Shown here in pieces: positions 38,601 through 48,900 of a stretch of DNA of 64,000 nucleotides. Positions within the stretch are counted from its first letter, which is position 1, and every line of letters begins with the position of its first letter. A program made the position numbers and the translations under genes. The stretch is from Bdellovibrionia bacterium (lineage in GTDB: Bacteria; Bdellovibrionota; Bdellovibrionia; Bdellovibrionales; JAGQZY01). The stretch is from positions 679-64,678 of the forward strand of contig JAUHWN010000004.1 in the NCBI GenBank assembly GCA_030424665.1, written 5' to 3'. The notes beneath the pieces were generated by a model that did no database searches, was not told the origin of the DNA, and saw nothing but the letters and a program-made list of their open reading frames with translations.

Positions 38601-40990
38601 GTTGGAAGGCCTGCAAGAGTATAGGTAATAACTTTGCCATTTCTAAAACTATGCTGCATTTGAAGGGGAGGCCTGGTGCCTATGCGTCCAATATTATTGT
38701 ACTCATTGGGGTTCTTGCCTCTAAATGTGAAAATGCCGTATCCGAGCCGACGTTGGGCCTCGTAGGGAATGGCTTCGATATCGGGAACGTCATTTTCTCC
38801 GTTATACTTTTTAAAAGAGATACGTTCCTTGAAAGTAAAGTTTGCTTGTGACGGGTACCAATAGTGAATCAAGCCAGAGGTTAGCCACTGGTAACTACAA
38901 CCGGGGTAAGGGTGAACGGCATAGGTTCCTTCGAGTGAGAAGTTTAGCACTCCATCAGAGGGTAGTCGCATGTCAATATCGTTCACAGTACTATTCGCCT
39001 GGCGAATTAAACACTGCCCTGCTCCAAAGTAAGAAAGAGGTGAGGCTACGATTGGAATTGTATTTTGTCTCCAGTCGATGATGGCAATTGCACCTTCAGC
39101 CTGGGGTGAACTCTCGATGTACTCGTCAGACCAGAGGTCTTCACCCCGTTCGTTTTGGTTCCTTCGAACGTAATAACGAGCCGGAAGGGAAATGAGTTCT
39201 TCAAAATCCGTTTCAGTATTATTAGGATGGGGGTCGAGAGCGTAGGCCCTTTTTACAACGACCCGCTCCTCTTCAAAGTAAAACTTCACAATCTCGAGCT
39301 GACCATTGAGACCAGGAAAGGTCAGTGGAAAACGATTTGGAGAATCGAGTAGTGTTCTTCTAAAGAGAAACTCTTGATTTCTCATTTGATCGACGATGAG
39401 AGTGTTTCTGAGGTCACCCGTTAGACCATCTCTAATAACTTCAGGAGTGGCACTCGAATCGATAATCATTAAAAATTGAGCTCCCGGATTAAGCGCACGT
39501 CGTGTTGAAAGAGTGGGAGATTGAATATCGTTGTCGGCTTGAATTGAAGGCAAAAAGACTTCAATGGGTTGTATGGGAACTCTATGGGAAATAACAACCA
39601 CACAATTGCCAGGATTGAGTCCTGACTGAGAGGCCTCTTCTGTAGTACATCGACGGATTCTCTCTTGATCTTGCCCTTGCGCGAGAAGCTGCCTTCTACG
39701 CTCAGTGATGCTCGAATCATTGAGAGTCGTTATTTTAAAAATATAGAGGCCGCTGCTGAATGTGCGAGTTAATATTCGAGCATTGTCATCTAAATTGATA
39801 TTAAGGCCAGACACGCTTTCAAACTGTCCAACTGTAAAAATGCGCTGATCGAAATCTCGCGAGTTCAGAATTTCTCTTCCGGAATCGTCGGTGTTAAGGG
39901 GCATGTCGACTGCGAGTCTACGATCTTTATTCAGGGGAATTTGCACGTGGCTTGCCTCAGAAAAGCTCGATTCTTCTAAGTAAAGAGTGGGGCCCTTGAA
40001 ACCTTGATCGTCTTTTATTTGTGCGACTTTTCCGTAGGAGATGACGGGAACTTTAAAAAGAGGAGTGATGGTCTTTCCATCTTCAGATTGAATACTGATT
40101 TGCTGCTGAATGGACGAGAGGCTTTCGGGGCCGCTACTGACTCTATAGGCAGTCATATAAGAGCTATCAAATGCGATTTTTAATTGAATTTGCTCCCCTG
40201 GAGTTCCAGGTAAATAGAGTTCATCAAGAAGCAGTTTCATCTGGTCCGGAGCGCTGCTACTCGTTACAGGAAGGAGTCTACCAAATGACGGACTCTCTTT
40301 AAACATCTCTTCCGAATCAGCAAGAGTGACTTCAAACTGAATCCCGTCGAATTGCTCGAGACCAAACATTTGAGGTTTAATAGTCTGTGGGAAATCCACC
40401 ATGATTCGACTTCTTACGGAAGGTGAGAACCGCAGGTGGGTTGCGTTTTCCCAAGATGTTTCTTGAAGGCGTAACAAACTCGTTTCTTCGTCAATCGTAT
40501 TTTTTATTCTTTTAGTTTTACCGTAGGACTGAATCCGGTACATAAAGGCAGGATAGACCTGGGAGTTGTTATGGTTCGATACAATGCCTTTATTTCTAAC
40601 GTGTGCGGCGACCTCTTCATTAAGAACCTGGTAAACCGTGATATACTTTTCATTCACCTCAAGGTTAAATTCAAGTGATTGGCCGGTGCTGGTTTCTAGG
40701 TAAAGTTCGTCAAAAAGGGGTTTTAGGGCTCCTGGTACGTTCGAGGCTTGGAACTGACTTAAAACTTGCGGGCGAAACACATTTCTACTTTGATAGATGC
40801 GGGCATCGGCTTCTTGTCCGGTGCTCCCTGTGACTCTCATTTTCTTTAGAGTACTGATTGAAAAGATATTGTCGCCAGCCCCATCTGGAAACTTGGCGGG
40901 TCTTTTTTCGGTACACGAAATAAGGCTCATAGCTAGCAATGCTAGTATCATCAATTGAATTTTGATTAAAAGGTTCTTCATTAAATCCAT
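35603..40990 (-). CDS. Giant zinc-dependent metalloprotease lipoprotein (metzincin, EcxA/DUF4953-like)
   Basis: Lipobox LISC; HELGHAFGLRHNF (HEXXHXXGXXH); TTVMDY Met-turn; the true start may be ATG 40981 (TAATG overlap). Confidence 0.88.
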   Translation of the reverse strand: MDLMKNLLIKIQLMILALLAMSLISCTEKRPAKFPDGAGDNIFSISTLKKMRVTGSTGQEADARIYQSRNVFRPQVLSQFQASNVPGALKPLFDELYLETSTGQSLEFNLEVNEKYITVYQVLNEEVAAHVRNKGIVSNHNNSQVYPAFMYRIQSYGKTKRIKNTIDEETSLLRLQETSWENATHLRFSPSVRSRIMVDFPQTIKPQMFGLEQFDGIQFEVTLADSEEMFKESPSFGRLLPVTSSSAPDQMKLLLDELYLPGTPGEQIQLKIAFDSSYMTAYRVSSGPESLSSIQQQISIQSEDGKTITPLFKVPVISYGKVAQIKDDQGFKGPTLYLEESSFSEASHVQIPLNKDRRLAVDMPLNTDDSGREILNSRDFDQRIFTVGQFESVSGLNINLDDNARILTRTFSSGLYIFKITTLNDSSITERRRQLLAQGQDQERIRRCTTEEASQSGLNPGNCVVVISHRVPIQPIEVFLPSIQADNDIQSPTLSTRRALNPGAQFLMIIDSSATPEVIRDGLTGDLRNTLIVDQMRNQEFLFRRTLLDSPNRFPLTFPGLNGQLEIVKFYFEEERVVVKRAYALDPHPNNTETDFEELISLPARYYVRRNQNERGEDLWSDEYIESSPQAEGAIAIIDWRQNTIPIVASPLSYFGAGQCLIRQANSTVNDIDMRLPSDGVLNFSLEGTYAVHPYPGCSYQWLTSGLIHYWYPSQANFTFKERISFKKYNGENDVPDIEAIPYEAQRRLGYGIFTFRGKNPNEYNNIGRIGTRPPLQMQHSFRNGKVITYTLAGLPTNDGRLRAGLIEATQSVIEDWNRTLKKAFKDTPLERAGNYLALEVLEDDSAQLGDLDKNFIYWLDKDLRMKVLGMVNPSPNPRSGIFENSDVMVYGGNIRNVLEWEKDRALARKEYNENMKYRETIERLNQLEDIQEQIDEERRERVRQAGERMRAEMEALEARRDAEAGDSQEVAIPWYSDMDFTGFNPTINYVERLDTLPQESRDRNIFQATLSMNRSLLDIRSLEVPNHQVGTEDPKLKRELFLLRTLQNTLEEGALTDEAKIGESLGRELMEYIRTSERLDQNTKQMALFEIQKELFTNEVIKNINSGHTVLETKEIGYSERYIDGDITELLVSSYRKTLSHELGHAFGLRHNFLGSYDKKNWNFDDENPEEVNRNYTTVMDYISDAHLEYNGPGPYDVQAVRAAYTGLLEVDQSRMSDSEQSWNIINDRFIQISDIKDQLDLEHWEEIETSHIRQIPNKRYMYCSDEDTRRSPICNRHDLGTTPAEIVSNVIDDYHSFYSLTNLPKDRINFQWYQVYRYIYRLYFYFIRIRHFLDETAFRIRSLQTEAQTRSETDLGLRMEFGAIEDEFGSAAILGRDFFHSIIRTPELNPLLDIENRFKEVTIQPQDLPEITYVVERKPSRDQWLQGSLGRLKVRGIEFDQVIAMMMLTTRRIGIPEYDQQLVRFSYPDLEKVISGSAFESETIQLIISILSERLRPAFLTPQKTLEIVPDATFSATSSELVRIYSVIAAMVMLDTNTIEATDNFSSFFRFGSILGHESERLSGVPMLTQLGSNPDSINTLKYWPFDGALGSYMIHKNAADLKFMIEHETEFRQSFKEYFITHLRKQKAEQEIRAGREEEVYILEGGATQTELDALAERKEQIRSAINEGLRNFPENTGSREARLFLQEMDKLIQTAVQVIEIQDDDNVPLQEKFEFILAQQNRIKNFIRVNPGVWIAYATLLKDDLGLPRPLKNALSILLSESFMELQYAYLFSNIQFMNMFLYFTHPEYVQ

Positions 40991-42018
40991 GCGCTAATCC
41001 CCAAGAAAACTCCAGAAGAGTTTTCGTTATAAAGCTGTATATTACTCGTGCGACCATCGGAGTGGAGGGTTTGTCCACTGTTCATATGACCGAACTTTAA
41101 ACTCATATTTTTGTGAAGGTTGTACTTTAATGTCTGGCTCGATGAGAAAACGGAGTCGTAAACCGACTCATAGGTCCATCGACTGCTCAGTGCGAAGTTG
41201 AGAGTGAGAGAAAGCTTGTCCAGTATTTGGTAGCTTGCACCAAAGCTGTTAGTAAGTTTGTGTTGTTTGTTATCAACGCCGCGGAGGGATTCTTCGAAAT
41301 CGTGAATATTTCGGGCGTAGTTGACCAAATAACTCAAAGAAAGTTTCGTACTAGGGATACGAATTAGGTTTGAAAGCCCCGCCGATAAAGAGAGGTTTAA
41401 GGAGTCATATTCTGTCAGAGTTTTGCTAAGTGGTAGGCTTATTCCAAGAATTGGCGTCAAGGTATGCCATGAAGCCAATTTGGGGATGAGCCCTGGAAGT
41501 TGCCCGTTGATGTCAATAGCATGGAGGTCACCATAGTCCTCAGATCGTTTGTTTAAGTCCTGATAACCATCAACACTAGCGCCCAGTTTAAAATTTTTGT
41601 GAAACTGATAGCCAGCTGAGAGTTGCCCTGAAAGACTTTGGCTGTCTCTACCATCTTGGAAATTAATGGAAGATTCAGAATAGGTTTTAGAAAAGGCTAG
41701 GGAGAACTTTTGTTGTTTTTTTCGCTTTATTTGGTTTTTTAGGTGAGGTCGCTTGACCATAAAAGTTTTCTTGCCAGATTTATAGCTCCGTTTTTTTTGT
41801 AAACGACGACTGGCTTTACGACTTCGTTTTTTAAAACGCTTTTTCGATGGCTTCTTGAGCTTTTTCTTAGAAGACCGGACTTTTTTCGAATAATCGATAG
41901 CAGTATTTTTTGGTGAGGCAGCTGGCGTTTTGGAGTGCGCAGAATGGGAGGACGCTAGGCCGATGACAATAGCCAAAACGATAAGGTGTAAAATTTGAAT
42001 TCTTCTATCTAACTTCAT
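40981..42018 (-). CDS. Outer-membrane beta-barrel-like protein with a very basic N-terminal segment
   Basis: Signal peptide, K/R-rich stretch of about 60 aa, amphipathic strands and terminal GISAWI. Confidence 0.7.
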   Translation of the reverse strand: MKLDRRIQILHLIVLAIVIGLASSHSAHSKTPAASPKNTAIDYSKKVRSSKKKLKKPSKKRFKKRSRKASRRLQKKRSYKSGKKTFMVKRPHLKNQIKRKKQQKFSLAFSKTYSESSINFQDGRDSQSLSGQLSAGYQFHKNFKLGASVDGYQDLNKRSEDYGDLHAIDINGQLPGLIPKLASWHTLTPILGISLPLSKTLTEYDSLNLSLSAGLSNLIRIPSTKLSLSYLVNYARNIHDFEESLRGVDNKQHKLTNSFGASYQILDKLSLTLNFALSSRWTYESVYDSVFSSSQTLKYNLHKNMSLKFGHMNSGQTLHSDGRTSNIQLYNENSSGVFLGISAWI

Positions 42019-42448
42019 GCTTCACTTCCCGAAGGTAAGAACTAAGCAAGAGTCGTACGAAGTGAATCGATTGAGTTCGTTAAAAGTTTAAAAAAAATGG
42101 GCCCGGTAATCGCCAGTAATCAATAGTTTAGAAGCTTTTAGTAATGGGTGTAGAGGCTTTTTATACTTGAAATTAGAGATAATTATGCAAAAGTCCTCAG
42201 GTATTCCTGATTTTTGCTGAGTCGAGCGGCTTTTTGCGTCTTGGGAATGGGGTAGAAAATGGACCGACAAAAGAAAAATGTACTTGAGCCCGCTCATAAT
42301 TTTTCTACTTTATGGAGCTTTGGTTTTGAAAAACATGGTCGAAGAAAATGACCTTGGAACTCGCTTTAAATCCTTTTGAGGTATCAAAAGGGCACGAAGC
42401 GAATCATTCCCTTTATTTTTTAGGTCACTTCTCTTTAATCTTAGAGTA

Positions 42449-42814
42449 ATGCTATTTTTACGCTTTGTCCTTTGTGGCTTTTTAATGTTTTCAGGTCTTG
42501 CATGTAGTGAGATGTTTAACCATCAAATCGGAGTCGGTGGATCTGGTGATGGTGACGATCCTGGTGATGGCCCTGGTGATGGAACTCCCATCATCGACGG
42601 GGGTTATAAACTTCAAGGAGCTACGGTTGACTTTTCAGGTCGACTTTTTCTAATAGAACAAGGGCAAACAGAGGCCACAGGATACAAGGGTGTGTTTTCT
42701 ACTTCATTTAATTCAGAAACTTTGATTGAAGGTCCGGATCCAATCGGCGCTCCAGGAGATAACTACATTCTCTATTCCAAGGGCTTTTCTTTAGATCATA
42801 TTTATACGGAATAA
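42449..42814 (+). CDS. Small hypothetical lipoprotein with a G/D/P-rich linker
   Basis: Lipobox GLAC; GDGDDPGDGPGDG linker. Confidence 0.65.
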   Translation: MLFLRFVLCGFLMFSGLACSEMFNHQIGVGGSGDGDDPGDGPGDGTPIIDGGYKLQGATVDFSGRLFLIEQGQTEATGYKGVFSTSFNSETLIEGPDPIGAPGDNYILYSKGFSLDHIYTE

Positions 42815-42879
42815 TTGTTCCTCCGGTATTCTATTCAGGAATCTTAACAACTACTCAAGTTATATAAAGAGAGTGCCGT

Positions 42880-42935
42880 CTTATCTTGAGAAAACAGAGT
42901 TAAATTGTGAAGTTAGCTTTTGTCTAGGCCGATAA
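42880..42935 (+). promoter_or_regulatory. Putative sigma28-type promoter plus upstream TTGAGAAAAC box (fibre gene 1)
   Basis: TTGAGAAAAC at 42886, N12, TGAAGTTA at 42908, N12, GCCGATAA at 42928. Confidence 0.6.
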
Positions 42936-42957
42936 AAGACTAGTAGGACGTAGGTTA

Positions 42958-45900
42958 ATGAATCAATACTTAAAAGCATTTCTCTCATTTACATTCATCT
43001 TTGTTTTAGCTTTAGAGCTGAATGCAGACCCATTGTATTTCAATTACAATGGTCGTATCCTGCGTCCGGATGATACTCCGCTCAACGCGGCTAGCGTCGA
43101 CTTTACTGTACAAATTATTTCAACAACCGATGGTTGTGTCCTATACGAAGAAACTCACAATCTTGACATGTCGACCTCTGCGGGAGTTTTTAACTTAAAA
43201 GTGGGCTCGGGTGCGAGAGCTGGAACGGACTACGAAGATACCTCAACACTTGATCAAGCTTTTGATAATGGATTGGGCAATATTACGGGCCTGACTTGTG
43301 ATTCGGGAACAGCTTATGATGCTGCTCCAGGTGATGCCCGCGCCATTCGTTTGACGATTAACGAAGGCACTGGTGTTATTCAATTTTCAGAAAACATCAA
43401 TATGGCCTCGGTACCCTACGCCCGCTACGCTACAAAGCTTGAAGGCATGGGGGCCGGTGACTTTTTAGCTGTGGACGGCGTAAATAACATCGACCAAACC
43501 AACTTACAAAACGTATTTGGTGGCGGTAACTACACTGAACTCATGAACTTGATTAACGGTACGAGTGCCCAATACGCAGACCCGGCTGGGGCCAACTTCA
43601 CTCCGACAGCTCCTGTGGACTTTAATAATCAAGCCTTACAAAACTTGGCTGATCCTGCGAACGCGACAGATGCAGCCACTAAAAATTATTCTGATAGCTA
43701 CATTGGTGGAGCGGCAGCCGATTCGGCAAGCCTCTCGGTTTTAGCCGGTGGGGCTGATATCGGAAAAGTTCTTACTTGGAATGGAACGACTTGGGTTGCT
43801 AATAATGTGACGGCAACAGATGCCACGAAACTTCCCTTAGCCGGCGGAACCATGACGGGTGATATCGACATGGGTGGAAATGACATTCTCAACTCCGGTT
43901 TTATAACCATGTCGGCCAATACTTACTTACACCTTGGGACCTACGCGGCTGATCCTTCGGGGTTAACGGCGGGCCATGAGGGTGTGACTTGGTATAACTC
44001 AACGAGCGATGAACTTAAGATTTGGGATGGTGCTGCCGCCCAAGTGATTGGTGGTTTTGACATTGGTACTGCGGCAGGAGATGCCATGGGTGCCGATGCG
44101 GTTCCGAACTGTTTGGCCACGGAGAAACTACAAATGAGTGCCGGTCCCGTATATACCTGGTCTTGTGTGACCGATGCCACCGGCGGTGACTTTGAATCTG
44201 ACGGTAGCGTTGCCATGACGGGTAATATTCGACTTAACGGAAATTACCTCAGTGGCGATGGCGATAGTGAAGGTGTTTTTGTTGGTAATACAGGTCGAGT
44301 GAATATCGGTGGAGCGACGACATTTGAACACCAACTAAATATCGAGAGCAACGATGTAACGCTTTACACACCGACAAGTGGCGCGGTTCGATCGCCTCTA
44401 CCAGACGGAATAGGATTAGAAATTAAAAATACTGGTAACTCAACTGGAACGGGAGCCTTTTTGAGTTTGTCTTCTGATAATAACATCGGACTTTCTTCTC
44501 AAACCTTTCTAGGGAATATATCAGATCCGAGTAACTATGATTCAACATTTGTCATAGGAGCGAGCACAGGAAACGCCAGTTATGAAGAGCGAATGCGGAT
44601 TGATGTCAATGGTAACGTGGGGATCGGTCTTGATGGTGCCAATAATCCAAGTATTTCAACAGGGGCAAAGTTGGATGTTGAAGGTCGCATAGTTTCAGGC
44701 CCTGCCGGAACGGCTACTGGAGAAACTGGCGCGATACGTTTAGAAGAGCTCGCAGCTAATGGAACAAACTATGTTTCATTACGGGCGCCTGACTCAGTAG
44801 CTACCGACGTTGTCTGGACCTTACCAGGTACCGACGGCACCAATGGACAAGTTCTTTCGACAAATGGCTCGGGAGTACTCTCGTGGCAAGACTCTGGTGT
44901 TGGCGACATATTAAATAATGGAAACTCAGGGGCTGTGGTCATCGGTTCTAATGACAATAGTTTGAGCTTAGAGGCAAATAATAATGTGGCCATTCAGATT
45001 CAAGCGAATGGTGATATCGCTTTTGATACAGATACTTTGTTTATAGATGAAGATGTCAACCGACTCGGACTGCGTAATACATCTCCTGATGAAGAAATCC
45101 ATCTCGGTGATGGAACGCAATCGGTATCGATTAAAGTTGATGCCTCAAGTGCCGGGATTCACGATGCATTGATTCTCGAGAATACTTCAGGGGGAACCAA
45201 CAGAGGACCGGCGATTCAGTACATAGATAGTGGTGGTTCCGCAGGGCGAATTTCAGTTTCCCGTGGGCCAAATAATTCAGTATCACAAATGGTTTTTGAA
45301 ACTAGATCTTCGAGCACCGTCGCGGAACGAATGCGAATTGATACCTCAGGAAACCTTGGAGTCGGAACGACGACCCCAGAAGATCGGCTTGATGTAGCGG
45401 GCTCGATTCGATCGGCAGCGCGAGGAAACACTGCCGGTGAAGGTGGTCAAATTCGTCTCGAAGAATTGGCGACTTCTCCGGACGGGGGAGCTGATGGAGT
45501 TCCTGAATTTGTTGGTTTTCGAGCGCCGGATAGTGTGGCGAGTGATTTAATTTGGACCTTACCAGGTACCGACGGCACGAATGGCCAAGTTCTTTCAACT
45601 AATGGTTCAGGGGTACTTTCGTGGGCTTCTGCCGGCACCGGTGATTTTGAGTCTGACGGTAGTGTTCCTATGGCGGGAAACATTCAATTGAACGGAAATT
45701 ACTTGAGTGGTGATGGTGGTAATGAAGGTGTTTTTGTTGATGGAGCTGGAAACGTCGGGATAGGCATCTCGTTGCCTTTGGCAAAATTTCACATCAATGG
45801 AGGCACTGGTTCGCTGTCAACAGGAGTCGCATTTGGAGATGGTGATACAGGGATTTTTGAAAATAGTGATGACTATTTAAGATATATTGGAACGGCACAT

Positions 45901-48900
45901 ATGTTTGACGGTCAGCTTCGACTTGATAATGGAACTGCTGCAGCCCCAGTTATAGTCGGTACGGAGAATTCATCAGGTTTATATTTTGAATCAGGTGGCG
46001 GTAACGGCAAAGTGATGATCTCAACAGAAGGAACTGAACGGTTGAGAGTAGATCATCTAGGAAATGTCGGTATCGGAACAAATGCTCCAACAAATATTTT
46101 AGATGTCAATCCTGCTGCTGCGCCAGCATCTGTTGCGGGTAGAGGCGTTCGAATCAAATCTCAAGACGCAAGTTCGAATAGTGCAGGTGGAAATCTTTTA
46201 GTCACATCCGGACAGGGTGAAGGGAGTGGTGGCGCTGGAGGAGATATAGAGCTTCGATCAGGAAATGCTGGTTCGGGTTCGACCGGAAATGGCGGAAAAA
46301 TGACCATACGCTCTGGTTCGGCCCAGGGAACCGGCAATGGTGGTAACATCGATCTTGTCGCAGGTAATGGAACTGGCGGTGCTGCGACCGGAAATGGTGG
46401 TAATATTAATATCACTGCCGGAAACTCTGCGAGTTCTGGTTCAGGTGGACCGGGTGACATCTCTTTAACAGCCGGTAATGCCAGTGCTGGAAGCACGGAT
46501 CAAGATGGTGGCGATATCACTTTATCCGGAGGTCTCAACAATGGTGGAAACGATGGAAATATTCTTCTCAATCCTAATTCAGGTAATGTCGGAATCGGTA
46601 CCATTTCGCCTTCGTCAAAGTTGGAAATAAATGGAGATTTGGCCATTATAGGTATAGCCGCTCCCGCAGTCTCTTCTACCGGACAAGGGAGAATTTATTT
46701 TGACTCTGCTTCAAGTAAGTTTAGGGTGTCAGAAAATGGTGGAGGGTACGTCGATCTTGTTTCTGGTGGCACCGGTGACTTTGAGTCTGATGGTTCAGTT
46801 GCAATGACAGGACGATTGACCTTGGCCGATGGTTCTCAGGCCACGCCAAGTATGGCTTTTTCTTCTGATAATCAATTGGGCTTTTACTACGGTGGTACAA
46901 ATGTAATAGGGATAACCGATGGTGGAACACAGTTTGCGACAATTAGTCCAACAAATGGTTTAGTGATTAACTCAGGGCCTATGGTTCGAACCGATGGTTA
47001 CCGTTTTCATACTGACACCGATACTGGTATAACAAATCCCGCAGACAATACACTGGGACTCGTGACTGGTGGTAATCAAATATTAACAGTCGACCCATCT
47101 TTTCAGGTTGGTATTAATAATAATAATCCGTCATTTAATCTGGATGTTACCGGTGATATGCGTGTTCTTGCTTCAGGTGGTTCAGCCACTGGGACCTACG
47201 AAGCTTATAGTAGTTCTTCTACTGATGGAGCTGTGGTTAATTTTTACCGAGCTAATGGTGCGAGTGGAGCCCCGGCTGCGGTATCGAATGGTGATTTACT
47301 TGGTGGAATCAATATCGGTGGATATGCTCCAAGTGGCTCTTTTCAGACATCTGTTCAGATTTTGTCGAGCGTAAACGGAGCGCCATCGGGGACTAACATT
47401 CCTAGTGATTTAACTTTTGCTCTCAACGATGGTTCGGGAATGCAATATCCCGTCTTGATGACTGCTGACAATTTAATGGTAACCACGGGCAAGGATCTAG
47501 TATTAGCCGATGACGATAATTCCGCCTGGACGGGCTTTAGGGCCCCATCAGTAGTTACGACTTCTGTGATTTATACTCTACCACCTGCCGACGGCTCTAA
47601 CGGACAAGTGCTTTCCACCAATGGAAGTGGTGTTCTTTCGTGGCAAGCGGGAGGGTCAGGTGATTTTCAATCGGACGGTAGTGTGGCTATGACCGGGCAA
47701 TTCGATGCCGTACTTGGCAACCAAGGTAGCCCTGGTATTAGTTTTGGCACTGACGCCAATACGGGTTTATTTAGTCCGGCCGCCGACAACGTGGCGATCA
47801 CAACGGGTGGAAACGAACGCATGCGCATCGCCTCAGATGGTAGTGTTGGAATAGGTGAGTCTTCGCCGAATTTTTCTTTAGACGTCTCTTCAGCCTCTAG
47901 TTCAAGCTTGATGAGAGTTCGAAGTACGGATGCATTTGGTTGGTCATCGATCACCTATGCTGCCAGTGACGGTGGCACTGTTGGCTGGGTCGGTTATGGT
48001 AATCCTTCTGCAACGTCTCAAGCGAATCAAATGTACATGGAAGCCAACGGAGCTCGATCCATTGGATTATACACTAACAGTACCGAGCGAATACATATCG
48101 CCTCAGATGGTAAAGTCGGTATTGGTACTAGTTCTCCCGATGGAACTCTCCACGTCGAAGGAACCGATGCAAATCGACCGGTGTTTAAGACTTCAGGGAG
48201 TTCCGGTTCGGACTACGGTATCGAAATTCAAGGTGCCAGAAACGGAACAATTGACCACAGCATTTCTTATATCAATCTTCGTAATGATCGCGGAGGCGGA
48301 GCTTACGATTTAGCCCAAATTTCTGGAGCCATGCAATCGGGTGCAACCAATCAATCTAAACTTCGCTTTTCAACAAACGATGGAAGCTCACTCAATGTAC
48401 AGATGGTTATTGATAAAGATGGTAATGTTGGACTAGGGAATGAAGCGCCAGTGGAGAAGTTAGAAGTCGAAGGACGAGTCGTATCTGGGCCGGCTGGAAC
48501 AGGAGCTGGAGAGACAGGTTCAATCCGTTTTAAAGAACTCGCCGCCGGGGGAAGTAATTACGTGGGATTGCGAGCGCCAGATGCTGTTACTTCTGATATT
48601 GTATGGACTCTACCTGCAGCTGACGGTTCCAGTGGACAAATTCTCTCAACTAATGGCTCAGGTGTACTTTCGTGGACTGCTGCGGGGTCGGGAGACTTCG
48701 AATCAGATGGCAGTGTCGCCATGACGGGACAATTCGATGCCGTACTTGGTAACCAAGGAAATCCTGGGATTAGTTTTGGGACTGACGCTAATACGGGTTT
48801 GTTTAGCCCGGCTGCTGACACTGTAGCGATCACTACGGGTGGGAGCGAAAAAATGCGTATCGCCTCGGATGGTAAAGTCGGTATTGGAGTTAATTCAACA

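Noticed and set aside
42064-42090. Possible fifth sigma28 promoter (TAAACTTT-N11-ATCGATTC, minus strand) for the metzincin operon
   Set aside because: The -10 box matches poorly and the spacing differs from the four consistent sites.
42187-42402. Two stem-loops in the 430-bp divergent intergenic region as a c-di-GMP or other riboswitch
   Set aside because: The GAAA-tetraloop/receptor pattern of the c-di-GMP-I aptamer is absent and no other aptamer consensus was recognised.
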